From Parcubacteria group bacterium Athens0714_12 (GTDB lineage: Bacteria; Patescibacteriota; Patescibacteriia; UBA2591; VMGY01), in assembly GCA_007378955.1 (NCBI GenBank), contig VMGY01000004.1, positions 1 through 55,364 of the forward strand: DNA of 55,364 bases, given 5' to 3'. The position numbers and the translations under genes are program-made. A model generated the notes under the pieces. It had not been told where the DNA came from. It ran no database searches and was given only the letters and a program-made list of their open reading frames with translations. Positions 54,580-55,364 of the stretch are shown here, piece by piece (position 1 is the first letter of the stretch; every line of letters starts with the position of its first letter).

Positions 54580-54821
54580 ACCCGGTAGTACAACTTTGAG
54601 ATTATTTTTATTAAGTCCCAAAGTTATTTTTAAATATAATATCTTATTGCTCCGATAGCCAAACTGTCAAAGTTGTCCTACCGGGCATAAGGTTAAGTAT
54701 AGTAAAAAGAGAGAAAAATACAAGTAAAAATGATAAAATTTTGGTTTAAAAAAATATTAAACGACCAAATGCTAAAAAATAAAGAATCAAGCATTTTAAT
54801 GTTTAGGATTTTTTTAAGTGT

Positions 54822-54850
54822 TTTACTTATAGTTTGTTTTGAGATATAAT
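54822..54850 (+). promoter_or_regulatory. candidate promoter placed for a leaderless or near-leaderless transcript
   Basis: TTTACT (54822-54827), 17-nt spacer, TATAAT (54845-54850). The ATG at 54859 begins 8 nt after the -10 box. Confidence 0.35.
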
Positions 54851-54907
54851 ATCTTATTATGATTAAAAAGTTTATATTCTTAATGGTTTTTTCGCTTATT
54901 TTTCTTA

Positions 54908-55364
54908 ATGGTTTTTTCGCTTATTTTATTCAATTTTAGCCCTATTTTAGCCTATTTGCCCAATGACCCTAAGTTTAGCGAACAAAAGGCATTAAATGAC
55001 ATAAAAATCACCCAGGCTTGGGATATGACCCGCGGCAGCAAAGATGTGGTAATTGCCGTCCTTGATTCAGGGGTTGATATTGCTCATCTTGATTTGAAAA
55101 ATAATATCTGGATTAATAAAGGTGAAATTCCAAATGATGGCATTGATAATGACAAGAATGGCTATGTTGACGATGTAAATGGCTGGGATTTTGTTGATGA
55201 GAATAACGACCCCAACCCTAAATTTTCTTTGAATTTTACAGAAGTCGGCTTAAATCACGGAACAATTATTAGCGGCCTAATCGCTGCCCAGGGAGATAAT
55301 GGCGAGGGGATGACAGGGGTTTGCCCTAATTGTAAAATTATGCCTTTAAGAGTTTTGGATAATC
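54908..55364 (+). CDS. subtilisin-like serine protease (S8 family), 3'-truncated by the window edge; the 5' end is disturbed by a 25-nt tandem duplication
   Basis: My own translation (not in the ORF track): MVFSLILFNFSPILAYLPNDPKFSEQKALNDIKITQAWDMTRGSKDVVIAVLDSGVD ... GLNHGTIISG ... CPNCKIMPLRVLD. The catalytic Asp and His motifs are present. Confidence 0.75.
   Translation, partial: MVFSLILFNFSPILAYLPNDPKFSEQKALNDIKITQAWDMTRGSKDVVIAVLDSGVDIAHLDLKNNIWINKGEIPNDGIDNDKNGYVDDVNGWDFVDENNDPNPKFSLNFTEVGLNHGTIISGLIAAQGDNGEGMTGVCPNCKIMPLRVLDN

Noticed and set aside
54730-54849. The 39-codon ORF MIKFWFKKILNDQMLKNKESSILMFRIFLSVLLIVCFEI in the divergent intergenic region as a small membrane protein.
   Set aside because: There is no convincing ribosome-binding site and no homology that I can recognise. 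It lies in AT-rich spacer DNA, and it overlaps the candidate promoter of the protease gene. It cannot be supported from sequence alone.
1-55364. tRNA, rRNA, transposase, integrase, toxin-antitoxin or classical defence-system genes.
   Set aside because: I scanned the intergenic gaps and ORF translations. No cloverleaf-like or rRNA-like sequence appeared, and no DDE/HUH/tyrosine-recombinase or nuclease/ATPase defence signature. The window appears to be wholly devoted to glycan biosynthesis.

Overview
AT-rich bacterial window, about 30% GC by eye, standard code (TGA is used as a stop). About 45 genes lie co-directionally on the + strand from 1 to 53118, often with overlapping stop and start codons. 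One divergent gene lies on the - strand, followed by a truncated protease gene at the 3' edge. Gene style resembles small-genome Patescibacteria/CPR-like organisms, but I cannot verify taxonomy. Essentially the whole window is one very large cell-surface glycan assembly and tailoring locus. It holds five GT4, two GT2 (polyprenyl-phosphate type) and one GT9 glycosyltransferase, two GT-C-like membrane transferases (ArnT/PMT-like and YfhO-like), a Wzx-like flippase, an O-antigen-ligase-like protein with TPR repeats, a polyprenyl-phosphate sugar phosphotransferase, a CE4 deacetylase, a 2-epimerase-like protein and an AsnB-type amidotransferase. A CDP-3,6-dideoxyhexose sub-pathway is present: a fused cytidylyltransferase/4,6-dehydratase, an E1 dehydrase with its diagnostic Fe-S motif, and a ThDP enzyme, a C-methyltransferase and an SDR. 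There are seven SAM methyltransferases, two of them disrupted. The most unusual content is as follows. (1) Seven paralogous cobalamin-domain (class B) radical SAM enzymes plus one SPASM/twitch-like radical SAM enzyme are interleaved with the glycosyltransferases. (2) Four copies of a GC-rich, 135-200 nt nested-palindrome element sit immediately 3' of genes and bracket two glycosyltransferase cassettes, with compensatory base changes between copies. (3) A CotH-kinase/beta-helix fusion lies next to VTC-domain and DUF4956 genes. (4) There are several signs of active rearrangement or possible phase variation: a methyltransferase duplicate with a 45-nt deletion, an internally deleted SDR, an A8 frameshift, heptanucleotide repeats in CDS, a 25-nt tandem duplication and a ghost gene fragment. 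I saw no rRNA, tRNA, CRISPR array, transposase or integrase.
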